The notes beneath the pieces were generated by a model. The model saw only the letters and a list, made by a program, of their open reading frames with translations, searched no databases and had not been told where the DNA came from. 64,000 nt of DNA from an uncultured Candidatus Saccharibacteria bacterium (GTDB lineage: Bacteria; Patescibacteriota; Minisyncoccia; Phycocordibacterales; UBA12445), in the NCBI GenBank assembly GCA_964649715.1, contig CAZYTH010000003.1:4713-68712 (forward strand), given 5' to 3'. The translations under genes were made by a program, and so were the position numbers. Shown one piece after another: positions 9,939 to 18,180 of the stretch. Numbering within the stretch: the stretch's first letter is position 1; each line of letters begins with the position of its first letter.

Positions 9939-10958
9939 TTAAACCGAAAAGTTACTTACAGCGTAAAGGTCGGAATCTGTACAATCCTCAGGGGTACTAT
10001 CATCAATTGCTTCTTCCAATACAACCTGATTTTGCTCTGGATTATTAACATCTGCTATTTTTATATTTTGGTCTAACAAAGGATTAATCATCACCCCACC
10101 AACGGGTATCGAAAGCTTTCCCTTGGACACCATATCAAGGAGTGTTCTTAGATCATCTTTTGAGAAAAAATCTATCGTTATTTTACCACCAAAGTCCCTC
10201 CTCTCAATATGCACCCTTGTTCCAAGCTTTTCTGTTAGTTTGCTTTCCATATCTAAAATATCAGGATCTACAATATATTCCTTTTTTCTAACCTTATCTG
10301 AAGCAATGTGTCTTGAGATAGATTCGGCCTCTCTAACCGTTAATTTCTTATAAATTATCTCCTTATAAAGAGTCATCTGCTCTTCCGGTCTATCACCAAG
10401 CATAAGAAGCGGTCGACAGTGCCCTTCGGTTATCTTGCTCCCAAGAATTCCCTCTTGTATATCTGGAGGCAGAGCTAATATTCTTATACTATTAGACACA
10501 TACTCGCGACTTTTTCCTATCTTGGCGGCTATCTCAATGTGTTTATAATTAAACTTTTCAGCAAGTTGCTGAAAGGCCTTAGCTCTATCTATTAAATTAA
10601 GATCTTCCCTTTGCAAGTTCTCGATTATTGCGAGTTCAAATTTTAAAGCATCTGACTGATCTCCGGTCCGTATAACCACTGGTACCTGCAAAAGACCAGC
10701 GAGTTTTGATGCACGCAGTCTTCTTTCTCCAGAAATTAATTCATACTCAACAGACAAACCACCATCGGGTGTTTCTATCTCTTTTCTCGTAGCCACAAGT
10801 GGCTGAAGAATACCGTACTGCTTAATAGAATCGGAAAGTTCCCTCAGTGACCTGTCTTCAAATTCTTTCCTGGGCTGAAACGGATTTGGCTTTATCTTTC
10901 CAACCTCTATCCAGAAGATAGAGTTACTTATACTATTCTTGCTTTCGATTGGTTCCAT
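9939..10958 (-). CDS. parB: ParB/Spo0J-family partition protein with a long C-terminal extension.
   Basis: ParB box (GILQPLVATRK...ELISGERRLRASKLAG) and an HTH region. No parA is adjacent. Confidence 0.8.
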   Translation of the reverse strand: MEPIESKNSISNSIFWIEVGKIKPNPFQPRKEFEDRSLRELSDSIKQYGILQPLVATRKEIETPDGGLSVEYELISGERRLRASKLAGLLQVPVVIRTGDQSDALKFELAIIENLQREDLNLIDRAKAFQQLAEKFNYKHIEIAAKIGKSREYVSNSIRILALPPDIQEGILGSKITEGHCRPLLMLGDRPEEQMTLYKEIIYKKLTVREAESISRHIASDKVRKKEYIVDPDILDMESKLTEKLGTRVHIERRDFGGKITIDFFSKDDLRTLLDMVSKGKLSIPVGGVMINPLLDQNIKIADVNNPEQNQVVLEEAIDDSTPEDCTDSDLYAVSNFSV

Positions 10959-11064
10959 GAGAATTTTTGTAATTTTAATTGATTATAGATAGATTCTAAC
11001 ACCAAAAATATCTTTTGCAAAAAAACTTTTTTTACTGTATATTTACATAATAAAATTAAAAATT

Positions 11065-11119
11065 GTCGCGGTGGCGGAATGGCAGACCTGCCTGCCGGCA
11101 GGCAGGCGCAATAGACTCG
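11065..11119 (+). pseudogene. partial duplicate of the 5' half of tRNA-Leu(CAA), roughly nt 1-34, interrupted by a 20-nt perfect palindrome.
   Basis: GTCGCGGTGGCGGAATGGCAGAC + CTGCCTGCCGGCAGGCAGGC + GCAATAGACTC. Apart from the insert it matches 11365-11398 with one mismatch. Confidence 0.8.
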
Positions 11120-11121
11120 AT

Positions 11122-11355
11122 ATGTTTTATGTTTACGCAATAAAAAGCATTAAGAGAAAGTATATTTACGTCGGATTGACAAATCATATAGAAAAACGAT
11201 TTAATCAACACAATACAGGCAAAGAGAGGACCACCAAACCTTATCTTCCATACAATTTGATTCACGTAGAAGAATTCAAATTGCGAGTGGAAGCAAGAAA
11301 AAGAGAAAAGTTTCTTAAATCAGGGTCTGGAAAAGAGTATTTGAAATCATTATAG
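11122..11355 (+). CDS. small stand-alone GIY-YIG nuclease-domain protein (UPF0213/YhbQ-like). The ORF-track start at 11071 lies inside the tRNA fragment, so the MFYVYA start is preferred.
   Basis: Y-V-Y motif, Y-V-G-x-T, R...H.N.G and a downstream E (MFYVYAIKS...YIYVGLTNHIEKRFNQHNTG). 78 aa. Confidence 0.75.
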   Translation: MFYVYAIKSIKRKYIYVGLTNHIEKRFNQHNTGKERTTKPYLPYNLIHVEEFKLRVEARKREKFLKSGSGKEYLKSL

Positions 11356-11364
11356 TAATATTTT

Positions 11365-11447
11365 GCCGCGGTGGCGGAATGGCAGACGCAATAGACTCAA
11401 AATCTATCGAGGGCAACCTCATGAGGGTTCGAGTCCCTCCCGCGGCA
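11365..11447 (+). tRNA. tRNA-Leu(CAA), class II with a long variable arm.
   Basis: Acceptor GCCGCGG/CCGCGGC, anticodon stem ATAGA/TCTAT with loop CTCAAAA, long variable arm, T-arm GAGGG-TTCGAGT-CCCTC and discriminator A. No encoded CCA. Confidence 0.9.
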
Positions 11448-11584
11448 CAACAAATCGCTGAAAAGCGATTTTTGTATACGCGGAGCAAGCAAACTTCTTT
11501 GCTTGCGAGGGGGACGAGAAGGGGTTGAGTATATTACGCCGAGCAATGCGAAGGCGGAATACGAAACCCGTACCGAATATGTAA

Positions 11585-11608
11585 TGTTCGAGTCCCTCCC
11601 GCGGCACA
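11585..11608 (+). repeat. direct repeat of the last 22-24 nt of tRNA-Leu (T-loop plus 3' acceptor), about 135 bp downstream of the tRNA. It has the form of an att-like remnant.
   Basis: GTTCGAGTCCCTCCCGCGGCACAA is identical to 11428-11450. Confidence 0.8.
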
Positions 11609-11924
11609 AAAACAAATGGACCGAATGTGAAAACATTCGGTGATTTTGTTTTGTAGGCGTCGGAGGGGCGAGAAAACCGGAAGCGGGTACCGTCGCCGAC
11701 GTAGCAAAGCGAAGTGGCGCACGGTCGCTGAGGCGTAGATCGAGAAATTTTTGTGTAACAAAAATATTCGTGATCGAATCCTCAACCAAAAAACGGGCAG
11801 GCCTCCAATGGCACAATAAAAAACATCTTTCTTTTAAATTTTGTAAACACTAAAAAATATCCGAGCAAGTGAAGTTTTTTTATGCTATTATTTAAATAAT
11901 TAAGAATTAAAAGATAATAAAAAA

Positions 11925-14747
11925 ATGCGAAGGAACATAAAAAACTTTTTCCCCATCATGCTCATTATCATGTGCACTTTTTGGGGAGTTGTGTCGTTTG
12001 CTCAAGAGACAGCAACCGCACCAAACGGGCCATCGGCGCCCGACATGGAAGTAGCGCAAAACCAAGCAAAATCAGAGGCAAGTAAAACGGCCGAAGATAG
12101 AGCCGCAGAAGAATCTGCGGGAATGAGGGCTCAGTTTAAAAGAGAGTTCGGTGCACCGCCGGAAGCTTTTCAAAAACACGAACCACAAAAACCACAATTC
12201 GAACAACCCCAAAGAGTTCCGGATGAAGCGAAAAAATATTTAACAGATGCAGAACTTATTCCGATATACTGTGCGATGACCAAATGGAAGACAGGGCAAT
12301 TCTTCGGTGCAATGAATGCTCTTAAAGAAAACATGTTGCCGGCAATGCAAAAAGCCAAAGATGTTTTGGGCATTACGCTACCTCTGCCCAATATCGACAA
12401 AATGATCGAGGACGGAAAAACAAAAATAAACACTGTATGTTCCACAAAAGTACTTTCCGAGGCCGAGGACACTGTTATGTCATTCACCACCATGGGTCAA
12501 GATCTTGATCAGAACGGGATCGGTGCCTTCATGACCGAATTTGAAAATAAAATGAAAGCAAAAGGCAATGAAATAAAAACAAAGATCGAGGCGATGGTGT
12601 TACCTTTAGTGGAAGAAGAAAAAGCCAAAATACAACCGGAAATAGAAAAAGAGGCGCATTTCTATGTTAAAAATAATATAAAATTTGACCGAGAACCAAG
12701 CCCAGCCGATATTACAGCGGTCAGGACACAAGTTGAAAATTATCTCAAACCAATCATAGAAGCCAAAAAACAGGAAATAACCCAAAAGATCCAATCCAGA
12801 ATAAACGAGATCAAAGATAAAGAAGTTGCGGAAATTGAAGGACTCGGAAAGATGTTCGAGGGAATGGATCAAAAAATAAACGATGCCTCTCAAAAAGGTC
12901 TTGAGGAATACGACCAGTATAAAAAAGAAGCGTTCAGGCTCAGGAAAGAAGTTGTCTTCAAAATACTCGATAAAAACTTAGATGAGGGACTAAAAAAACT
13001 GGATGAGGCAGACAAAGACATCGAAGACGCAAGAAAAGATGACCCTTCTTTAAAGTCTGTTAGTCAGATAAAGTCAGAGATAGCACAGGATAGAAAAAAC
13101 TTGGAATCAAAACTTGAAGTCGCCATGGAGGCTGGAGATGAAATATCTTTCCAGCAGGCGGTCAACGATTTCAAGACAAAATGGGAAGCAGCGAGGGTTG
13201 AAAGCGAAAAAGCCGCCGAACAATCCATGACAAAAGCATGCAATATAGCCAAAGCTGAATTCGGAAAAGCAAAAGGCCAAATGGAAAGCAATCTCGCCAA
13301 ATTGAACAATATACAAAAAAAATGCGAAGGTGTTTTTTCCGATGAGTGTTCAAGTATCGCCGAATTCGGAGACAGATTCGAGACGTTAAAGAACAAAATA
13401 TCTGACATAAGATCAGAAATGGATATGGCCGAAAAAATGTGTGCGGATACGAATATGACGGACAAAGCGAGCATGGTCGCTCTTATGAGAAAGATCCAAA
13501 ACGACGGCGAGGATCTTAAAACATACGGCGACTCCCTGAACGCCGAAAAAACAAGAGTTATCGCCGATTCTGCGGCCAAAGCGTGTTCACAAATAATTCC
13601 ACAAATGGAAGCCGCCAGAACCGAAATAATCAAAAACGACCTCCAGATACTCGAAAATAATTTCAAAAAATGCGAAGGAAAGAACACCGACGATTGCGAT
13701 ATCATAAATCAGGCTTCGCCAAAATTCAAAGAATTTTCCAAAGACTCTTCTTCCTTCTCAGAAAAGATCACTGAAATAGAAAATTTCTGCAAGAACCCAA
13801 CAGGGGAAGCTTTTGAAAAAATATCAATTAGCTGGAATATACTAAAGGAGGAAGGTAATGAACTTCGACTAAAAGGAAAAGAATTACAAAGCGAGATTGC
13901 CGTAACTTTGAGCGAAAAAGCAATCTGTAAGGCAATAGTGCCCCAGATCAACTCCGCAAGAATGGAAGTAACCGCGGGAATTAAAAAAGTTTCCGACACC
14001 CAAAACAACTGTTTCGGAAAGAATGACGAAAAATGTCTCGCAATAAACGCCCTAAAACCGAAACTTGAAGAAATAACAAAAAGATCGAATATTCTTCTAT
14101 CTAGACTGGATGTTTCCCTTTCCGCTTGTGCCAACCCGGGAATCGTAAAACCGAGCCAAGATTTTCTTACCAAAGTTGAACAAAGCGGTATAAAAGAAGA
14201 AGCTACCGCCTTGATAAAATTGGCCAAAGAGTTAGCCGACCTTCAATCAAAAGCCACTCTTTTTGGAAAAGGAATAAAAATAGAAGCTGAAGACGAAATG
14301 TCTACGAAACTTCTTCCCAAAACAGAAAGTTGGCACTCAAGAGAAGAGACGAATCCGAGCTGGAGACCCCCCTTCTTCGGAACGGGTGTTTGGTATCTAT
14401 CAAGGGGTGGAGAGTATCTTCAATACAGATTCGAAGCACCAATATCCGCAAACTATGATATTTGGGTAAGAGACTATGTGGATAATTTCCAGCCGGCCGG
14501 AGTAAGACGAGTCACATATTACATTAACGGCAACAAAGTGATCACTGCACCGGAAGTGACAATGAATAAAAATAAAATAGATGCGAAGATTGGATCATTT
14601 GGTTGGCACAAGATAGCCGGAGCATACAAAATAAATGGAGGAAGTAATATACTTAAAGTCGAAAAAGAAAAAACAACCTCCGGAGCAGCGATACTTGATG
14701 TATTCTATATAACCAACAATCCGAACGACATCCCCCCGGAACTATAA
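11925..14747 (+). CDS. large (940 aa) secreted coiled-coil protein with recurring Cys pairs and a C-terminal beta-sandwich-like domain that may bind carbohydrate or act as an adhesin.
   Basis: Signal peptide, long Lys/Glu-rich heptad-like region with repeated KKCEG...C / NNCFGKNDEKC modules, and a C-terminal NYDIWVRDYVDNF...ILDVFYITNN domain. Confidence 0.7.
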   Translation: MRRNIKNFFPIMLIIMCTFWGVVSFAQETATAPNGPSAPDMEVAQNQAKSEASKTAEDRAAEESAGMRAQFKREFGAPPEAFQKHEPQKPQFEQPQRVPDEAKKYLTDAELIPIYCAMTKWKTGQFFGAMNALKENMLPAMQKAKDVLGITLPLPNIDKMIEDGKTKINTVCSTKVLSEAEDTVMSFTTMGQDLDQNGIGAFMTEFENKMKAKGNEIKTKIEAMVLPLVEEEKAKIQPEIEKEAHFYVKNNIKFDREPSPADITAVRTQVENYLKPIIEAKKQEITQKIQSRINEIKDKEVAEIEGLGKMFEGMDQKINDASQKGLEEYDQYKKEAFRLRKEVVFKILDKNLDEGLKKLDEADKDIEDARKDDPSLKSVSQIKSEIAQDRKNLESKLEVAMEAGDEISFQQAVNDFKTKWEAARVESEKAAEQSMTKACNIAKAEFGKAKGQMESNLAKLNNIQKKCEGVFSDECSSIAEFGDRFETLKNKISDIRSEMDMAEKMCADTNMTDKASMVALMRKIQNDGEDLKTYGDSLNAEKTRVIADSAAKACSQIIPQMEAARTEIIKNDLQILENNFKKCEGKNTDDCDIINQASPKFKEFSKDSSSFSEKITEIENFCKNPTGEAFEKISISWNILKEEGNELRLKGKELQSEIAVTLSEKAICKAIVPQINSARMEVTAGIKKVSDTQNNCFGKNDEKCLAINALKPKLEEITKRSNILLSRLDVSLSACANPGIVKPSQDFLTKVEQSGIKEEATALIKLAKELADLQSKATLFGKGIKIEAEDEMSTKLLPKTESWHSREETNPSWRPPFFGTGVWYLSRGGEYLQYRFEAPISANYDIWVRDYVDNFQPAGVRRVTYYINGNKVITAPEVTMNKNKIDAKIGSFGWHKIAGAYKINGGSNILKVEKEKTTSGAAILDVFYITNNPNDIPPEL

Positions 14748-14781
14748 CATTATTTTATTTTTAACTTTATAACTTGATAAT

Positions 14782-15378
14782 ATGAAAAAACTTAGAACTA
14801 ATCGCGGAATCGCCCCCCTTATTATTCTTCTAGTAATTGCGGTTCTTGCCATCGGTGGAGGTGCGGTCTATCTCAAATCACAAGATAAGCCCATATCCGT
14901 TGAATCAGCCAGAGAAAATATTCTCGGTATACAAAAAGACGAGACACTTGATTCTTTGGAGATAGATACCGAGGGTTTTAATTTCTCTCTATCTTCACTC
15001 CCGGCCATAGAAATAACCGCGCTCAATCTCGAAATACCAAAAATGGAAGTCCCTAAGATTGGCGGATTTAACACCAAACTAAATGTGATCTCGCCCACAA
15101 TAGATAAAAATAAAATAAACATATCGATGCCATCTCTCGCAAATATAACCCCAACGATATCCATTCCATCCAATCCAACAAACATCCCAACCGAAGCTCC
15201 CGCCAATCTGCCGCCGATTGACGTCCCCACAAGTCATACAGACGGGCAAGGCAGTATACCTTCAAGTGGCGGAGCTCCTCAGATAGACTGCTCTCAATTC
15301 CAAATGGTCCCTAGCTGTTCTTATGTTCCGGCAGGCCAAGCACAGGATGCATGTAAAAAATGCTTTCCAAGTAAATAA
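14782..15378 (+). CDS. membrane-anchored Pro/Thr/Ile-rich hypothetical protein.
   Basis: N-terminal transmembrane segment (RGIAPLIILLVIAVLAIGGG). Low-complexity PT-rich region with C-terminal Cys residues. No prepilin G-F-T-L-I-E motif. Confidence 0.5.
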   Translation: MKKLRTNRGIAPLIILLVIAVLAIGGGAVYLKSQDKPISVESARENILGIQKDETLDSLEIDTEGFNFSLSSLPAIEITALNLEIPKMEVPKIGGFNTKLNVISPTIDKNKINISMPSLANITPTISIPSNPTNIPTEAPANLPPIDVPTSHTDGQGSIPSSGGAPQIDCSQFQMVPSCSYVPAGQAQDACKKCFPSK

Positions 15379-15412
15379 ACCCCGTTAAGAAAATTTTTAC
15401 TTAAAAAGACAA

Positions 15413-15988
15413 ATGTACACTGAAAAAATATTTGAATTAAGAAATTTAAAAGGACTTTCTGAAAAACAAATTTCTGAACACTTAAAGCTTTACTCCGGAT
15501 ATGTAAAGAATACAAATAGTCTCCTGGAAAAAATAAGCGAGTTAAGAAACGAAGAAAATGGCGACTCTTATATGTTAGCTGAGCTAAAAAGACGTCTTGG
15601 TTTTGAATGGAACGGAATGAGACTCCACGAATATTATTTTAAAGAACTTGGTGGTGATGGTATTATAATGGAAGGCGCCCTCAAAAATGCGCTTTCAAAC
15701 GAATTTGGATGCTGTGATTCATGGTTGTCAGATTTTAAAAACACCGCTATCCAAAGGGGTGTCGGATGGGCGCTTCTTTGCAAGGACACAGAAACAGGTA
15801 AATTATTTAACATATGGATTGGAGATCACGATGTCGGACATCTCACTGGAACAAAAATAATACTGGCACTCGATATTTGGGAGCATGCTTTTCTTTTGGA
15901 TTATATTCCGTCTCAAAGAAAAAATTACATTGAAGCATTCTTATCCAATTTAAATTGGAAGGTTTTGGAGAAAAGATTCAATAAATAA
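15413..15988 (+). CDS. Fe/Mn superoxide dismutase-family protein, divergent.
   Basis: The C-terminal DIWEHAFLLDY aligns with the canonical DVWEHAYYxDY (Asp/His ligands). His in LHEYYF and EH near the N-terminus align with ligand positions. The second HH of the N-terminal motif is absent. Confidence 0.7.
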   Translation: MYTEKIFELRNLKGLSEKQISEHLKLYSGYVKNTNSLLEKISELRNEENGDSYMLAELKRRLGFEWNGMRLHEYYFKELGGDGIIMEGALKNALSNEFGCCDSWLSDFKNTAIQRGVGWALLCKDTETGKLFNIWIGDHDVGHLTGTKIILALDIWEHAFLLDYIPSQRKNYIEAFLSNLNWKVLEKRFNK

Positions 15989-16021
15989 AAAACCGCACGC
16001 TTTTGCGTACGGTTATAAGGT

Positions 16022-16660
16022 TTATTTTTTCGTCCTCAGCAAACCGCAGTTATCGTCATCATCGACAATGTTTTTTAAATTTTCACAATATTCTGCAAAA
16101 GAGAGTTTGATCATTCCCTCAGTCAAACCCACAGGCAAACCGGAAATACTTTCTGGCTCACCTTCGATCCTCAAGACATATGGCAGAATAAGCGGGTGCT
16201 CGTGATCGAATCCACCGGAATGAAGAAACGGATCACCACTTGCGATGTAATCATCGATCACACCTTCCGAAATATTACCAAACCATATCTTAGCTATATC
16301 GGTTCCCGTAAAACGCTTTTTGGTGGAAGTGTTTACGACGACCACAGAAGTTACCGTTTCCGCAGGATATTTGTTGTGAAGCAAAATAAATCGCTTCGCC
16401 TCTTCGGCACTTGTGGGTTTTTCGAGAATTGTTCCGTTGCAAACCACGACCTGATCGGAGGTGATAAGTATCGCATTTTTTCCGACCCGCGAAAGAAGTG
16501 CATCGGCTTTTGCATTCGCAAGGACCCGCGTCAATTCTACAGGATCTTCAAGGCGGATCGCTTTCTCGTCGATATTTGCCGGCATTACTTCAAATTGATA
16601 TCCCATCGACTCCAAAATTTTCTTTCGGGCAAGAGATTGGGACCCCAGAATGATCTTCAT
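16022..16660 (-). CDS. maf: Maf-family nucleoside-triphosphate pyrophosphatase / septum-formation protein. The start is probably MKIILGS.
   Basis: N-terminal ILGSQSxxRKxIL and the family-typical length. Confidence 0.75.
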   Translation of the reverse strand: MKIILGSQSLARKKILESMGYQFEVMPANIDEKAIRLEDPVELTRVLANAKADALLSRVGKNAILITSDQVVVCNGTILEKPTSAEEAKRFILLHNKYPAETVTSVVVVNTSTKKRFTGTDIAKIWFGNISEGVIDDYIASGDPFLHSGGFDHEHPLILPYVLRIEGEPESISGLPVGLTEGMIKLSFAEYCENLKNIVDDDDNCGLLRTKK

Positions 16661-17045
16661 CCTGCTAAAGCTCTTCACGAATTACGATTTGAACGTTTGG
16701 GGTAAAATACGGGCCTCGAAACAATGTCATACTTTCTCCCGAGCCTCATCTTGTATTGTGACCTCGTCAATTTCTTCTTTTTCTGAGGTGAAGGCAAGGT
16801 GATACGGAGATTATAGATACCAGAACAGTCAAACATTAAACTGCCTCCTTTTTTTATTTATTTTTAAAAGTCCCATTTACCCAAAAAGACTACATTTTCA
16901 AGCCATTTTTGTCAAAAATAGATACGCAGAATTTTTATTTATTTCCCTTCTCTCACCCTCCTTGTTTACGCGGATATGCCACCATCCCCTCGTCCTAACG
17001 AACGGGGTTTTATTGGGATTTATGATTTAGAAATTGTTTAAAGAT

Positions 17046-17086
17046 TAGACCTGCCTACCGATAGGCCTGCCTGCCGGCAATGACGA
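17046..17086. repeat. GC-rich motif related to the palindrome inserted in the tRNA-Leu fragment.
   Basis: AGACCTGCCTaccgataggcCTGCCTGCCGGCA shares AGACCTGCCT and CTGCCTGCCGGCA with 11085-11100. Confidence 0.6.
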
Positions 17087-17093
17087 AAAAAAA

Positions 17094-18104
17094 TTACAAT
17101 AAATCTTTTAATGCCTCTACATGCTTCACAAGCATATTCGCGTAACCCCACTCATTATCATACCACGCCATCACCTTCACCAATTCTCCTCCTACAACCC
17201 TTGTGAGATTAAGATCAGCAACGGATCCATGAGGATTCTGAAGAATATCAGAAGACACTATCGGCTTTTCCGTAACTGTAAATATCCCCTGCCACTCGGG
17301 TTTTTCCGAAGCATCTTTTAATATGTGATTTATTTCTTCGACCGATGTTTTATCCTCTGCAATAAAAGTAAAATCTAAAATTGATCCTGCGGGCACCGGC
17401 ACTCTGAGTGCCATTCCGTCAAACTTCCCCACGAACGAAGGAAGCGCTTTTCCGACAGCCGAAGCTGCACCAGAAGTTGTGGGTACTATATTTTGGGCGG
17501 CTGCTCTTCCCCTTCTCATGTCTTTGTGAAGCTTTGGCATCGGTCCGTCAACAAGACTTTGCTCTGCAGTATACCCGTGCACAGTATTAACCACGGAATA
17601 TTTTATGCCTGGTTTTTTACTCAATATCACCGCTATCGGCATTATAGCATTCGTTGTACAAGAAGCATTTGATGTTATCTTTGATTCAGACAATGAACTT
17701 ACATTCACATTTGGGGTACACATAGGTGTTGTATCATCTTTTGCCGGAGCTGAGATTACAACTCTTTTTGCTCCCGCATCCAGATGTACTTGAGCCTTGT
17801 CTGCCGAAGTAAACCTACCTGTACACTCGACAACGATATCAATATTCAAATCTTTCCACGGAAGCTTAGTCGGTTCAGGTTCCTGAATAAATTTTATAAT
17901 TTTACCCTCAATAACAAGATTACCTCCATTGATTTCAATCTTTTTATTATATCCTCGATACACAGAATCAAACTCGAGAAGATATGCTAGATTATCTAAC
18001 TCACCAAGATCATTAATGGCCACTATTTCCATCTCAGGATTTTCAGAGGCTATCTTAAAAAACTGCCTACCTATTCTTCCAAAACCATTTATTGCTATTC
18101 TCAT
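17094..18104 (-). CDS. gap: glyceraldehyde-3-phosphate dehydrogenase (type I).
   Basis: NGFGRIGR NAD-binding motif and the ASCTTN catalytic Cys motif. Confidence 0.9.
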   Translation of the reverse strand: MRIAINGFGRIGRQFFKIASENPEMEIVAINDLGELDNLAYLLEFDSVYRGYNKKIEINGGNLVIEGKIIKFIQEPEPTKLPWKDLNIDIVVECTGRFTSADKAQVHLDAGAKRVVISAPAKDDTTPMCTPNVNVSSLSESKITSNASCTTNAIMPIAVILSKKPGIKYSVVNTVHGYTAEQSLVDGPMPKLHKDMRRGRAAAQNIVPTTSGAASAVGKALPSFVGKFDGMALRVPVPAGSILDFTFIAEDKTSVEEINHILKDASEKPEWQGIFTVTEKPIVSSDILQNPHGSVADLNLTRVVGGELVKVMAWYDNEWGYANMLVKHVEALKDLL

Positions 18105-18152
18105 CTTTTTAATCCATTACATATTAATAAAATAATTATACTTCATTTGCAC

Positions 18153-18180
18153 AATAAAAAAAATCCGCCCTAGGCGGATT
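18153..18180 (-). terminator. intrinsic terminator downstream of the mltG-like gene.
   Basis: AATCCGCC-ctag-GGCGGATT stem followed by a T-run on the minus strand. Confidence 0.6.

Noticed and set aside
11397-11816. Minus-strand ORFs of 139, 62 and 83 aa over the tRNA-Leu region.
   Set aside because: They run antisense through the tRNA and the GC-rich structured segment, and their translations are Arg/Pro-rich, typical of GC-rich non-coding sequence. They are spurious.
11450-11820. Possibility that the GC-rich segment is tmRNA, RNase P RNA or SRP RNA.
   Set aside because: By eye I could not find the tmRNA 5' GGGG tRNA-like pairing with a tag ORF, RNase P P4/GNRA-tetraloop consensus blocks, or the SRP domain IV GGAA motif in context. 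It is left as an unassigned structured region.
14782-15378. Type IV pilin or pseudopilin call based on the N-terminal hydrophobic segment.
   Set aside because: There is no G-F/M-T-L-I-E prepilin cleavage motif and no Glu at +5. It is treated as a generic membrane-anchored protein.
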